From Geopsychrobacteraceae bacterium (GTDB lineage: Bacteria > Desulfobacterota > Desulfuromonadia > Desulfuromonadales > Geopsychrobacteraceae), in contig OY759353.1 of the NCBI GenBank assembly GCA_963662315.1, forward strand, positions 1,888,001-1,952,000: 64,000 nt of DNA, written 5' to 3'. Position numbers and translations under genes: made by a program. Positions 1 through 9,359 of this stretch are shown piece by piece. Every line of letters starts with the position of its first letter. Position 1 is the stretch's first letter. The notes beneath the pieces were generated by a model. The model searched no databases and was not told the origin of the DNA. It worked only from the letters and a program-made list of their open reading frames with translations.

Positions 1-795
1 ACCCTACCACCAATTGCCACAAAACCATTTCGTGAGCGACACCCGGAGGTTATTCCCGGTCAACAGGGGCAACCCAAAGTACTGTTCTTCACCGGTTGCG
101 GGATTAACTATATGTACCCTGACAGCGGCGAAGCGTTACTCAAAGCTCTCAAATTCCTGGGTGTTACCATCGTGATTCCGAAGGATCAGAGCTGCTGTGG
201 CTTGCCTGCCGTTTCAGCAGGAGCGACCGCAACCGTTGAATCTTTGGCAAAAGACAATCTGGACATGCTGCGCAAACACGACTGCGACTATATTGTCACA
301 GCGTGCGCCTCCTGCCATAGCGGCCTGACCCAGATCTACCCGGGAATGAGCAAAGATTTTGATCCCTATAAAGAAAAAGTTCGCGATATTTTTGTCTTTT
401 TGGTTGAACAGGGCCTGCCGCAAAAACTTGCCGAATTACCCAAAGCTGCCACACCGGTCAAAGTGACGTACCATGACCCGTGTCACTTGCGGAACCACGG
501 TATTACCAAGGAACCAAGAGCAATTCTCAAGGCACTGCCGCACGTCGACTATGTCGAAATGAACAATGCCGGCAGCTGCTGTGGCTTGGGCGGTACCTAC
601 TCGGTTTACCACTACGACACCAGCAAGAAAATCGGTGCCAAAAAAGCGACCAACATAGAGAACAGCGGTGCCGGGCTGGTTGCAACGGATTGCCCCGGCT
701 GCATAATGCAACTGCAGGACAGCATTAATCATGCTGGAGGCCAGCAACAGGCTGTCCATATTCTTGATCTCCTTGCGGAGGCTCTGCCAGGTTAA
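1..795 (+). CDS. (Fe-S)-binding CCG-domain oxidoreductase subunit (GlcF-like), 5' partial
   Basis: Frame 1 is open from base 1 (..VLFFTGCGINYMYP); two CCG motifs (SCCGLP, SCCGLGG), ACASC, TYHDPCHL, TDCPGC. Confidence 0.85.
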   Translation, partial: TLPPIATKPFRERHPEVIPGQQGQPKVLFFTGCGINYMYPDSGEALLKALKFLGVTIVIPKDQSCCGLPAVSAGATATVESLAKDNLDMLRKHDCDYIVTACASCHSGLTQIYPGMSKDFDPYKEKVRDIFVFLVEQGLPQKLAELPKAATPVKVTYHDPCHLRNHGITKEPRAILKALPHVDYVEMNNAGSCCGLGGTYSVYHYDTSKKIGAKKATNIENSGAGLVATDCPGCIMQLQDSINHAGGQQQAVHILDLLAEALPG

Positions 796-818
796 TCCCT
801 GGCGGCAGCCTATGGGAT

Positions 819-986
819 ATTAGCGCTACCACGATATTTGTTTCACAGGTGACGTTGTCCGATCATTTGCCCGTGGTGGTGGATTTTAATGTCGATGTCG
901 CTGAGGATCAGCGTAAAGAAAAGCGTGATTCGTCCAGCTATGGTTACAGTCTTGAGGATCTTGATGCCGTGGGCATCCGGCCCTGA
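819..986 (+). pseudogene. 3' remnant of an endonuclease/exonuclease/phosphatase (EEP) family gene
   Basis: Manual translation ISATTIFVSQVTLSDHLPVVVDF...GIRP*; SDHLPV is the EEP C-terminal motif; no start or N-terminal part. Confidence 0.55.
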
Positions 987-1208
987 TGTGGCCCCGCAGT
1001 TAGCAATCATATTTTTGTCAGATTCTTTGAGTAAACTGCATTGTTGTTGGTAGTGCCAGAAGGATCAATCCACATGTCGAATAGACCAGATTCTGAGAGA
1101 ATCCGTCTACAGACCTCCATCTTTAAAAGAGAAGATCATTACCTGTCATTATTCCCTGAACTTTAAGCACTTGTTAGCCCAGACTAAAAGCTAACGAGAA
1201 AAAGCCAG

Positions 1209-4200
1209 TTTTTCACAAGGAGGGGGACCCTTGTCAATATCTGCTGCTCAGTCACGCCTGACCGTCCGGGTCGGTGGTGCTGATTATGCCGTCGTATCTG
1301 TGACCGGGCAGGAAGCCTTTAACCGCCCGTTTTCTTTTGCCCTAGAACTCGTCGTGCCCGGTTATCAGTCGCTCACCAACCAGTTGGGCAGCAGCGTTCG
1401 CATGTCGATGTTGGCGACCAGCGGTCAACCGCGCACCGTCTTCGGTCTGGTCACTCAGGTTGCTCATGTCATGGGCCTGCCCGATCAGCGGCAACTGTGG
1501 CGTCTGGAGGTAAGCTCACATCTGTACCGGTTGCAGCAGGTGAGCGATACCCGTCTGCTGCTCGATCACAGCCTGCCTGAGATTATTCAACGGCTGTGCA
1601 ACCGCCATGGGCTTGATGACAATGCCCTGTTCTGTGACTGGGGACAGAGTTACCCGGCCCGGCCGACCACCCTGCAGGCCGGGGAGAGCGACTTTGATTT
1701 TCTCGCCCGCTTATGCAGTCGGCACGGCATCCTGTTCTGGTCAGCGGCCAGTGACGAGCAGGAAGTGCTCCATTTTGCCGACACGGCCAGCCATTGTCGA
1801 CCGCTGGCGCGTCCGGCGCTTGAGTATCGGGCCAATGCCGGGCTGGATCATGATGCCACTGACAACGATGTGCTGACCATGGAACTGGGGGCGCAGCTGG
1901 TCAGTGACTGCTATCTGGTCCACGACGTCGCTGAATCAGCACCGGGACAGGCCCTGCTCAGCGAGCGCCAGCTGCCAGGCGCTGGCAAATCCGCTTATGG
2001 GACCACCTTGGTCTGCACTGGGCGCGGTGTGACCAGTACCGATGAAGCCAGTGCGGCGACCGAGTTGTTGGCCCATATCGGAGCAGCGCAACAGCAGAAA
2101 CTGACCATCACCAGCCATGCCGTCGATCTGCGTGTCGGGCGCATCGTGCGCATTGATGCGGACCGTTTTGGCAGCGGCATCAGTGGCGATTACCTGATCA
2201 CCGGAATGACCCATAAACTCCATCAATATGCCGGCCTCGGCCTGGGTGGCGACAGTGATTGCCCCTACAGCAACGCGGTGGTTTTGGTGCCGCGCGAAAC
2301 ACCTTACCGGGTGCCTGAAAGCAAACGCCCCAAAGTGCCCCTGGCGGTAACCGCACGCATAGAAAGCAAAGACCCAACAGCCCAACTGGACAGCGCCGGA
2401 CGGACCCGTTACCGTCAGCATAACGACAGCCTGACAAAACCCTTCGCCCAGAACAGCATCTTCACGCGGCGCCTGCAACCCTATGGCGGCACCGGAAACG
2501 GCCATCAGCCCGGCTTCCACACCCCGCTGCAGGATGGTGCTGAAATTCTGGTCAGTTGCCTGAACGGCGATCCCGACCGCCCGGTAATTATCGGCAGCCT
2601 GCCCAACCCGGAAACCCCGTCCCCGGTCAGCGCCAGCAGTGCCGCCCACAATCGCCTGCGCAGCGCCAATGATCAGGAACTGTGTCTGGATGATACCATC
2701 GATGCCCCTGTCATCACCTTGCGCACCTTCGCCGGTCACAATATGCTGCACCTCAACGCCAGCAAGGCCGAACACCTGATCCGCCTGGCTACAGAGCAGG
2801 GCCTGGCCGAGTTCTACGCCAAACAGACCCTGAACACCACCAGTGGTGATACCCTGACCGAAACGGTCGGCAATAACCGCATCCAGGTGGTGGAAGACCG
2901 TCACCAGACCATCACCAACAGTGCCGAAATCCACCACCAGTCGGCTACCGACGTGCTGCTGCGCGGTGCCAACAATATCCAGCTTGAGTCGGGTGAAAAT
3001 ATCGAGTTCGAAGCCGGTAACGACATGCGTATCGATATCCGCGAAGCCATGAACATCAAGGTGGATGGCAGCTCCGCAGCCATCAATATCAACAGCGGCA
3101 GCATGATCCTCGATAGCAGAGGCGCCATCAAAATACAGGGGGATGGTGGTGGTGATATCTGCATCGGCCAGGCCGGTGGTGGCATCAAGATGGACCCATC
3201 CGGCAACATCACCCTGTTCGGCACCAACGTCAACTTTGCCGGAACCGTCAGCATGAGCGGCAAGATCAACATGGACGTCACCAGCCCGCCAAGTGTCAGT
3301 TTGGCCAGTGGTGTGACGGCGACGGCGGCCATTGGGATCGGCACCATGGAAGGGCAGGCCGGCCCAACCCCTGCACCCAACTGGGTCGAGCTTGAATACC
3401 TCTACGCAGATGGAAGCGGTGTCGCCGGGGCCAGTTATACGATCTATGATGATAGCGATAACGTCATTGCTGGGGGCGTGCTGGATAAGCAAGGGAAGGC
3501 ATACGTCATTCTTCCCGCCGACAAAGAGGATATTCGCGTCGATTATGGTGGAGACCCAGGCGAAGTAGAACAGTTGGTCACCAGCGAACCCCAGCCTCAC
3601 CCAGAAGAACAGGGGTGGTTTGAACGCATGACCACGACCCTCAAAGGCGCCTGGGATACCACCAAGGACGCAGCCGACTGGACCTGGGGCGCGTTACAGG
3701 GAGATTTTAACGAAGACGCCACCATCGGCCAGATTGCGACCAACGCTATTATTACCGCCATTCCAGTGGTTGATCAGGTGGGTGATGTGCGTGATATCAC
3801 CGCCAACATCAAACTGCTGGTCTGGGATAAACGCTATAAGGAAGCCGCCATCTGGTTTGCCCTGGTCGTCACCCTGGTCGGTTTGATCCCCACCTTAGGT
3901 TCCCTGCTCAAAGGCGTGTTCAAACTCATCTGGAAGGGAGCCAAGCTAGACGAAGTTCTTGCTCTGTTTAACTACTTCATGAAGGGAAACGGTGTCAGCT
4001 GGCTCAAAGAGCTGAAAGCCGGCAAGCTGAAGGACTACATCGACGAAGCCGCACAATACGGGCATACAATCATGGACAAGGTCACTGACCTGCTCACCGA
4101 CCTGAAATCCCATGTGCCACAGAAGTTTCAGAATATCCACGCCAAAATCCAGGACACCCTGATGAGCCTGCAAACCGTCAAAGGGCAGATCAACGCCCAG

Positions 4201-4290
4201 TTCGCCAAAGTCGGTGATGAGCTGGGGCTTAAAATTGGTAAGATGCTGGATGAAGGGGTGGAGAATAGTGTTCGTGGGAGTAGTCGGAAG
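1209..4290. repeat. Left arm of ~3.08-kb inverted repeat (partner 58477-61558): vgrG RBS through linker
   Basis: Direct comparison of both copies; proteins nearly identical up to ..VRGSSRK. Confidence 0.95.
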
Positions 4291-4848
4291 ACGTTGGCGA
4301 AGAAGCAGAGGGCAGTGGCGCCAAGCAATAGCTCAGCTGGCCCTAATCCAAATGTTGTCTCAGGACAAGGTTCACACGTAAAGATGGATGGTCACAAAAT
4401 TTATGATTCAAACTATTCTGCTCTCAGCACTAACCCTAGTGCACAATACAGATTTTCAGATCCTACGTTTCGCTCGACAGGCGGCGATGTTTATTTTGGT
4501 GAAAATGTCGCAGTTTCATATTTTGAAGTGCGAAAGAATTCCTCCGGAAAATCCCTATTTGTTGGCGATGTAAAGATTGATAACATTTTGGATCTCACAG
4601 ACCCTGATGTATTAAAAAACATGAATATAGATTATACCATGCTAACAAAAAGTGTTGACACGCCTATTCAGCAAAAATCAATTTACGGCTATACTAATAA
4701 TGTCTCAAACCAAGCATACCAAGCTGGATATAATGGGATATTGTACGAAAGTAGCAGAAAATCGGCTGGAAACAATAAAGCATTAATATTATTTGATGGA
4801 AGATATAAACAGAGCGACATTGAATTAATCATGGATAGAAAGATATAA
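1231..4848 (+). CDS. vgrG: Evolved T6SS spike VgrG with FIX-like domain and C-terminal RES-domain toxin
   Basis: QAGESDFDFLARL and GAEILVSCLNGDPDRPVIIG VgrG motifs; WTWGALQGDFNEDATIGQI..IPVVDQVGDVRD FIX-like motif; AT-rich tip with YRFS..VYFGE..FEV..NILDLTD..GYNGILYESSR (R-E-S); TTG start after AAGGAGGGGG. Confidence 0.88.
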   Translation: MSISAAQSRLTVRVGGADYAVVSVTGQEAFNRPFSFALELVVPGYQSLTNQLGSSVRMSMLATSGQPRTVFGLVTQVAHVMGLPDQRQLWRLEVSSHLYRLQQVSDTRLLLDHSLPEIIQRLCNRHGLDDNALFCDWGQSYPARPTTLQAGESDFDFLARLCSRHGILFWSAASDEQEVLHFADTASHCRPLARPALEYRANAGLDHDATDNDVLTMELGAQLVSDCYLVHDVAESAPGQALLSERQLPGAGKSAYGTTLVCTGRGVTSTDEASAATELLAHIGAAQQQKLTITSHAVDLRVGRIVRIDADRFGSGISGDYLITGMTHKLHQYAGLGLGGDSDCPYSNAVVLVPRETPYRVPESKRPKVPLAVTARIESKDPTAQLDSAGRTRYRQHNDSLTKPFAQNSIFTRRLQPYGGTGNGHQPGFHTPLQDGAEILVSCLNGDPDRPVIIGSLPNPETPSPVSASSAAHNRLRSANDQELCLDDTIDAPVITLRTFAGHNMLHLNASKAEHLIRLATEQGLAEFYAKQTLNTTSGDTLTETVGNNRIQVVEDRHQTITNSAEIHHQSATDVLLRGANNIQLESGENIEFEAGNDMRIDIREAMNIKVDGSSAAININSGSMILDSRGAIKIQGDGGGDICIGQAGGGIKMDPSGNITLFGTNVNFAGTVSMSGKINMDVTSPPSVSLASGVTATAAIGIGTMEGQAGPTPAPNWVELEYLYADGSGVAGASYTIYDDSDNVIAGGVLDKQGKAYVILPADKEDIRVDYGGDPGEVEQLVTSEPQPHPEEQGWFERMTTTLKGAWDTTKDAADWTWGALQGDFNEDATIGQIATNAIITAIPVVDQVGDVRDITANIKLLVWDKRYKEAAIWFALVVTLVGLIPTLGSLLKGVFKLIWKGAKLDEVLALFNYFMKGNGVSWLKELKAGKLKDYIDEAAQYGHTIMDKVTDLLTDLKSHVPQKFQNIHAKIQDTLMSLQTVKGQINAQFAKVGDELGLKIGKMLDEGVENSVRGSSRKTLAKKQRAVAPSNSSAGPNPNVVSGQGSHVKMDGHKIYDSNYSALSTNPSAQYRFSDPTFRSTGGDVYFGENVAVSYFEVRKNSSGKSLFVGDVKIDNILDLTDPDVLKNMNIDYTMLTKSVDTPIQQKSIYGYTNNVSNQAYQAGYNGILYESSRKSAGNNKALILFDGRYKQSDIELIMDRKI

Positions 4849-4849
4849 G

Positions 4850-5284
4850 ATGGAAAATTATACTAAAAAGCCTGCGGCCCAACTATCTATACATCCAGCA
4901 AAAATTAAAGGACTCGAGAGTCATGGTTTATGTTACTTCACATACCATGATTCTGATTTCGTAGGAGCACAATGTAGTAAATGCAATACTATTGTATGGG
5001 CAAATGCTAAAATAAACAAAGTTCTCAATGAAAACAGGCCATTAAACATCAAGGGCTTCGGAAAGGAATACCAAGAGTATTACTTTGAAAAATTATCAAG
5101 ATTTTTGAAAAGCTTGCCAAAATGCCCAAAGTGTGGAAGTCAATCTTTCGACAGATTCATCAACAATGTTAATTTTCCTAGACTTCAAGACGGAACAGAT
5201 TTCGACGATTCCAAAGATGATATAGAGCTATCCTATTCAGATGCTAACAATATTCAAGTCTGGCTATTAAATGAAGATTGTTGA
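4850..5284 (+). CDS. Putative cognate immunity protein of the RES toxin (two CxxC, possible Zn ribbon)
   Basis: Starts 1 nt after the toxin stop; AT-rich; CSKC and CPKC motifs. Confidence 0.7.
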   Translation: MENYTKKPAAQLSIHPAKIKGLESHGLCYFTYHDSDFVGAQCSKCNTIVWANAKINKVLNENRPLNIKGFGKEYQEYYFEKLSRFLKSLPKCPKCGSQSFDRFINNVNFPRLQDGTDFDDSKDDIELSYSDANNIQVWLLNEDC

Positions 5285-5402
5285 AATATTCAGTGATATT
5301 TGTACCAAACATTTTTTACAACCAACGAAATAACAATTTCCAGAACGTATACACATTTTTTGAATTTTTTTTGATCTTTGACACTCTACTGTAAAATCTT
5401 GA

Positions 5403-5516
5403 TGGACTACATCGGCGAAGCTGCATGAGCTAGGTGGAGGAACCCAGATACAAATGACTATGCGCCCAAAAGATAGAATGCAGTATTTAAAGGTCGTAGA
5501 TGTTAGATATTTATAA
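5403..5516 (+). pseudogene. Orphan toxin C-terminal remnant
   Basis: Manual translation ..KLHELGGGTQIQMTMRPKDRMQYLKVVDVRYL*; GGGxQ motif resembles the other toxin tips; directly precedes the RBS of the next gene. Confidence 0.5.
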
Positions 5517-5526
5517 GGAGAGCACA

Positions 5527-5865
5527 GTGATGATCGCAGAGGATATCGATAATATTGAGTTGAAAATAGATTTGGAAAACGTAAGTGAATACAAGGTCTA
5601 TAAGGACTTTGACACAATACTGGTACTCAACAATGAAGGTTGTGCTGATTTTATAAATGGATTTAGTTGTAAAGGTATATTGAAGTTTAAACAAGCTTGT
5701 ATAGATGGTTTTGATTTTGAATATTTAACTAGTCACCATCGCTCTCCTTTGGCAGTTGTGTGTGGTGTTATAGATATCGAAAGTTCAAATGAGAGGTGGT
5801 CAGATTTTTATTTTTCAGTTGACCCGATTACAGGCAATTTAGAGAAGTTGTGTGTAGCGAGGTAA
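5527..5865 (+). CDS. Putative orphan immunity protein
   Basis: GGAG RBS at 5517-5520 before GTG/ATG (5527/5530); acidic, AT-rich, follows the toxin remnant. Confidence 0.6.
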   Translation: MMIAEDIDNIELKIDLENVSEYKVYKDFDTILVLNNEGCADFINGFSCKGILKFKQACIDGFDFEYLTSHHRSPLAVVCGVIDIESSNERWSDFYFSVDPITGNLEKLCVAR

Positions 5866-5896
5866 GAACGCTCACCAATGCCCAGATTACAGATTT

Positions 5897-6259
5897 TCAG
5901 CGTAACCGACGTAGCCAAATGGCTTCGGAAAGGCAGGAAAAATAAGCGAGAACGAAACCATGCCACCACAATGGCTGGCCACAAAACGGACACCCGGATG
6001 GTTTGGTCCAGAGAAAATCTCTCCCCATCCGTGCAATATCATTGACGTTGGCAGCAACAGATATTACCAATAAAGGAACTCCTTGCCGGGAGGCCAATCC
6101 CTGCATGGAAGGGGCGATGGGACTCCTCGAAAGTCCCACCGCCCTACCTCAAACAATGACGATGATCAGATGCAATTTAATCTGAAATTCTCATTCTTCT
6201 CTCTAACACATTGTGAGAATAACCTGCCAGTTTTTATCAACTCAATCTGGGAACTAACA
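5897..6259 (-). mobile_element. IS remnant: left end plus truncated Zn-finger first ORF (DUF6431-like, 6070-5897)
   Basis: GRDFLWTKPSGCPFCGQPLWWHGFVLAYF..IWLRRLR*, TTG start with AAGGAG; terminus TGTTAGTTCCCAG.. abuts the vgrG-homologous cassette at 6259. Confidence 0.6.
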
Positions 6260-7398
6260 CCGCCAACATCAAACTGCTGGTCTGGGATAAACGTTACAAA
6301 GAGGCCGCGATCTGGTTTGCTCTGGTCGTCACCCTGGTCGGTTTGATCCCCACTTTAGGTTCCCTGCTCAAAGGCGTGTTCAAACTCATCTGGAAGGGAG
6401 CCAAGCTAGACGAAGTTCTCGCCCTGTTCAACTACTTCATGAAGGGGAACGGTGTCAGCTGGCTTAAAGAGCTGAAAGCCGGCAAGCTGAAGGACTACAT
6501 CGACGAAGCCGCACAATACGGGCACACGATCATGGACAAGGTCACTGACCTGCTCACCGACCTGAAATCCCATGTGCCACAGAAGTTTCAGAATATCCAC
6601 ACCAAAATTCAGGACACCCTCAATAGCCTGCAGACGGTTAAAGGGCAGATCAATGCGCAGTTTGCCAAAGTTGGTGATGAGTTGGGGCTTAAAATTGGTA
6701 AGATGCTGGATGAAGGGGTGGAGAATAGTGTTCGAGGCAGTAGCCGGAAGACGTTGGCGAAGAGGCAGAAGGCGATTCCACCAGCGAGTCAATTACATAA
6801 ATTATCAACCTGCTCAAAGCAAGAGCTACATAACTATCTAAGAAATATTGATCCCGATGCAGCAAGTGATTTTTTAAGAAATGACAGTTGGCCTTCAGAT
6901 ATCCAGATACCAAAAAATTCCATCGCGATAAGATCGGATGGTACGATTGATTGGGATAAGGCCAAAGGAGGAGGTTATGTTCATATTGGAAACAAACCAG
7001 ACAAGCATAAATACATGCCTCAAGTTGGTGAGTTTATCGATCGTTACGGACCTCCTAATGGAAGATATACATCGCCTGTTATTAATGATAAACCGTACAG
7101 TTATGATATGAGGGCATTACCCTACCTAGAAGATCCTGCTATGTATCACAAGTATGAAGTAGTTGGAGATATGACAGATATTAAAAAATATGTCAATAAT
7201 TGCAGTGACTTGTCCCTTAAAAAGGAAATCAATGACTTGGTTGATAACTATTATTCTGGAGATTATTCAAAAATAACTTCTTTCCAGGGTAAAATTGCGG
7301 CAGTAAACGGTTGGGGATCTGGAGGGGGGATTCAATACGAACTTGGTCTTTCCGTGGAGAAATTAGAAAAACTAGGAATTTTGAAAGAGGTGATATGA
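6259..7398 (+). pseudogene. 5'-truncated toxin cassette: partial FIX/linker plus TNT (tuberculosis necrotizing toxin-like NAD+ glycohydrolase) domain
   Basis: 6258-~6773 repeats vgrG 3798-~4313; tip has IDRYGPPNGRYTSP..YSYDMRALP..YHKYEV..GKIAA..GGGIQYEL. Confidence 0.85.
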
Positions 7399-7399
7399 A

Positions 7400-7654
7400 A
7401 TGAATATTTTAGAGGTAAAAAAGCACATCAAAATTAAAGATCTATCATGCGTAAATTTTTATAACATTGATGAGTTGAGGGAAGATCAAGTTGTTATCTG
7501 TAAAAGTTCTGATACGTGGTCAGTTTTTATTACAGACGAGAGGGCTAATCCAATTGATGGCTCATTCTTGACTTTTGATACGGAAGAAGACGCTCTGGAC
7601 AATCTTATTAAACGAGCTGAATTCGTCGAAAAAAATATCCGCAAAAAAAAATAA
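7400..7654 (+). CDS. Immunity protein, Imm59-like
   Basis: EDQVVICK..WSVFITDERA..FDTEEDAL pattern; 1 nt after the TNT stop. Confidence 0.7.
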   Translation: MNILEVKKHIKIKDLSCVNFYNIDELREDQVVICKSSDTWSVFITDERANPIDGSFLTFDTEEDALDNLIKRAEFVEKNIRKKK

Positions 7655-7773
7655 AGTATAGTAGCAGGTCAATCTAACATTGCGATAGGAGAAAAATAGG
7701 GAAATGTCTCTACTTTCCCCTGACTGATTCACATTGCTGAACAAAGCCGCTAGCGCGGCGAAAAAAATCAGCT

Positions 7774-7812
7774 CACAATCGCCTGCGCACCTTTGCCAGA
7801 CACAATATGCTG
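7774..7812 (+). pseudogene. Tiny internally deleted vgrG relic
   Basis: cacaatcgcctgcgca (=2647-2662) joined at tgcgca to cctttgccagacacaatatgctg (~2726-2748). Confidence 0.65.
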
Positions 7813-7852
7813 TCATAGACAGAGTTTTTCTAGTTGACCCAGGAACCGGGAG

Positions 7853-9340
7853 CCCAACTGGGTCGAGCTTGAATACCTCTACGCAGATGGCAGCGGCGTC
7901 GCCGGGGCCAGTTATACGGTCTATGATGATACCGATAATGTCATTGCAGAGGGAATGCTGGATAAGCAAGGGAAGGCATATGTCATTCTTCCCGCTGATA
8001 AAGAGGATATTCGCGTCGATTATGGTGGAGACCCAGGCGAAGTAGAACTGTTGGTCACCAGCGAACCCCAGCCTCACCCGGAAGAACAGGGGTGGTTTGA
8101 ACGCATGACCACGACCCTCAAAGGCGCCTGGGACACGACCAAGGACGCAGCCGACTGGACCTGGGGCGCGTTACAGGGAGATTTTAACGAAGACGCCACC
8201 ATTGGCCAGATTGCGACCAACGCTATTATTACCGCCATTCCAGTGGTTGATCAGGTGGGTGATGTGCGTGATATCACCGCCAACATCAAACTGCTGGTCT
8301 GGGATAAACGTTACAAAGAGGCTGCGATCTGGTTTGCTCTGGTCGTTACTCTGGTTGGTCTGATCCCCACCTTTGGTTCCCTGCTCAAAGGCGTGTTCAA
8401 ACTCATCTGGAAGGGAGCCAAGCTAGACGAAGTTCTCGCCCTGTTTAACTATTTCATGAAGGGGAACGGTGTCAGCTGGCTCAAAGAGCTGAAAGCCGGC
8501 AAGCTGAAGAACTACATCGACGAAGCCGCACAATACGGGCACACGATCATGGACAAAGTCGCCGCTCTGCTCACCGACCTGAAATCCCATGTGCCACAGA
8601 AGTTTCAGAATATCCACGCCAAAATTCAGGATACCCTGAATAGCCTGCAAACGGTCAAAGGGCAGATCAACGCCCAGTTCGCCAAAGTTGGTGATGAGTT
8701 GGGGCTTAAAATTGGTAAGATGCTGGATGAAGGGGTAGAGAATAGTGTTCGTGGCAGTAGCCGGAGGACGTTGACTCAAAAGCAAGTTGCAATATCCCCC
8801 ACCTCAAAAGTCAGTTCAGATTTTTTGAGGGAAAAAGATCCCATACTTGTGAGGTATGTAAAGCATCCAGATTTTGGAGCTTTGACTGAGGATGAAGCTA
8901 TTGCACTATATGCTTATACTTCTAATCATTATATATCCATAAACCCTCTTATGAGATCCGGGGACATTGTCACCTCCCCTTGGGGAGCTGTATCAGAAAC
9001 TGCGTCTGAAGCCTTAAATACGCTATCAAAGACTGATGGTCGAGTACATCAAGGATATGTTTATAGAGGAATTTCTTTAACCGATGAGGAAGTTGATGCT
9101 ATTTTTGGCGGTGATTTGTTTATTGATCAGGCTTTTTTTAGTACCGCCGCGGAAAAATCATCAGCTTTTGAAGGAAATGTTCAAATAAAAGCATACTCAA
9201 AAACAGGAGTTATTGTTCAAGAACTGTCAATGGTTCCATCTGAAAAAGAGGATTTATTTAAGCCAGGTACACCATTCAAAATAATATCCGTTAAGAGTTT
9301 AAGCTATGGTACATGGGAAATATTTCTCAGTGAAATTTAA
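7853..9340 (+). CDS. 5'-truncated toxin cassette: linker, FIX-like domain and R-S-E ADP-ribosyltransferase (Tre1/VIP2-like); possible start at ATG 7955
   Basis: 7853-8773 repeats vgrG 3376-4296; tip has ALYAYT..YISIN..YRG..FFST..EKE..FKPGTPF. Confidence 0.85.
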   Translation, partial: PNWVELEYLYADGSGVAGASYTVYDDTDNVIAEGMLDKQGKAYVILPADKEDIRVDYGGDPGEVELLVTSEPQPHPEEQGWFERMTTTLKGAWDTTKDAADWTWGALQGDFNEDATIGQIATNAIITAIPVVDQVGDVRDITANIKLLVWDKRYKEAAIWFALVVTLVGLIPTFGSLLKGVFKLIWKGAKLDEVLALFNYFMKGNGVSWLKELKAGKLKNYIDEAAQYGHTIMDKVAALLTDLKSHVPQKFQNIHAKIQDTLNSLQTVKGQINAQFAKVGDELGLKIGKMLDEGVENSVRGSSRRTLTQKQVAISPTSKVSSDFLREKDPILVRYVKHPDFGALTEDEAIALYAYTSNHYISINPLMRSGDIVTSPWGAVSETASEALNTLSKTDGRVHQGYVYRGISLTDEEVDAIFGGDLFIDQAFFSTAAEKSSAFEGNVQIKAYSKTGVIVQELSMVPSEKEDLFKPGTPFKIISVKSLSYGTWEIFLSEI

Positions 9341-9359
9341 AACGAATTGGAAATAGATT

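Noticed and set aside
1936..3600. 554-aa antisense ORF (and its twin 59167-60831)
   Set aside because: Shadow of vgrG codon bias; no recognisable motifs
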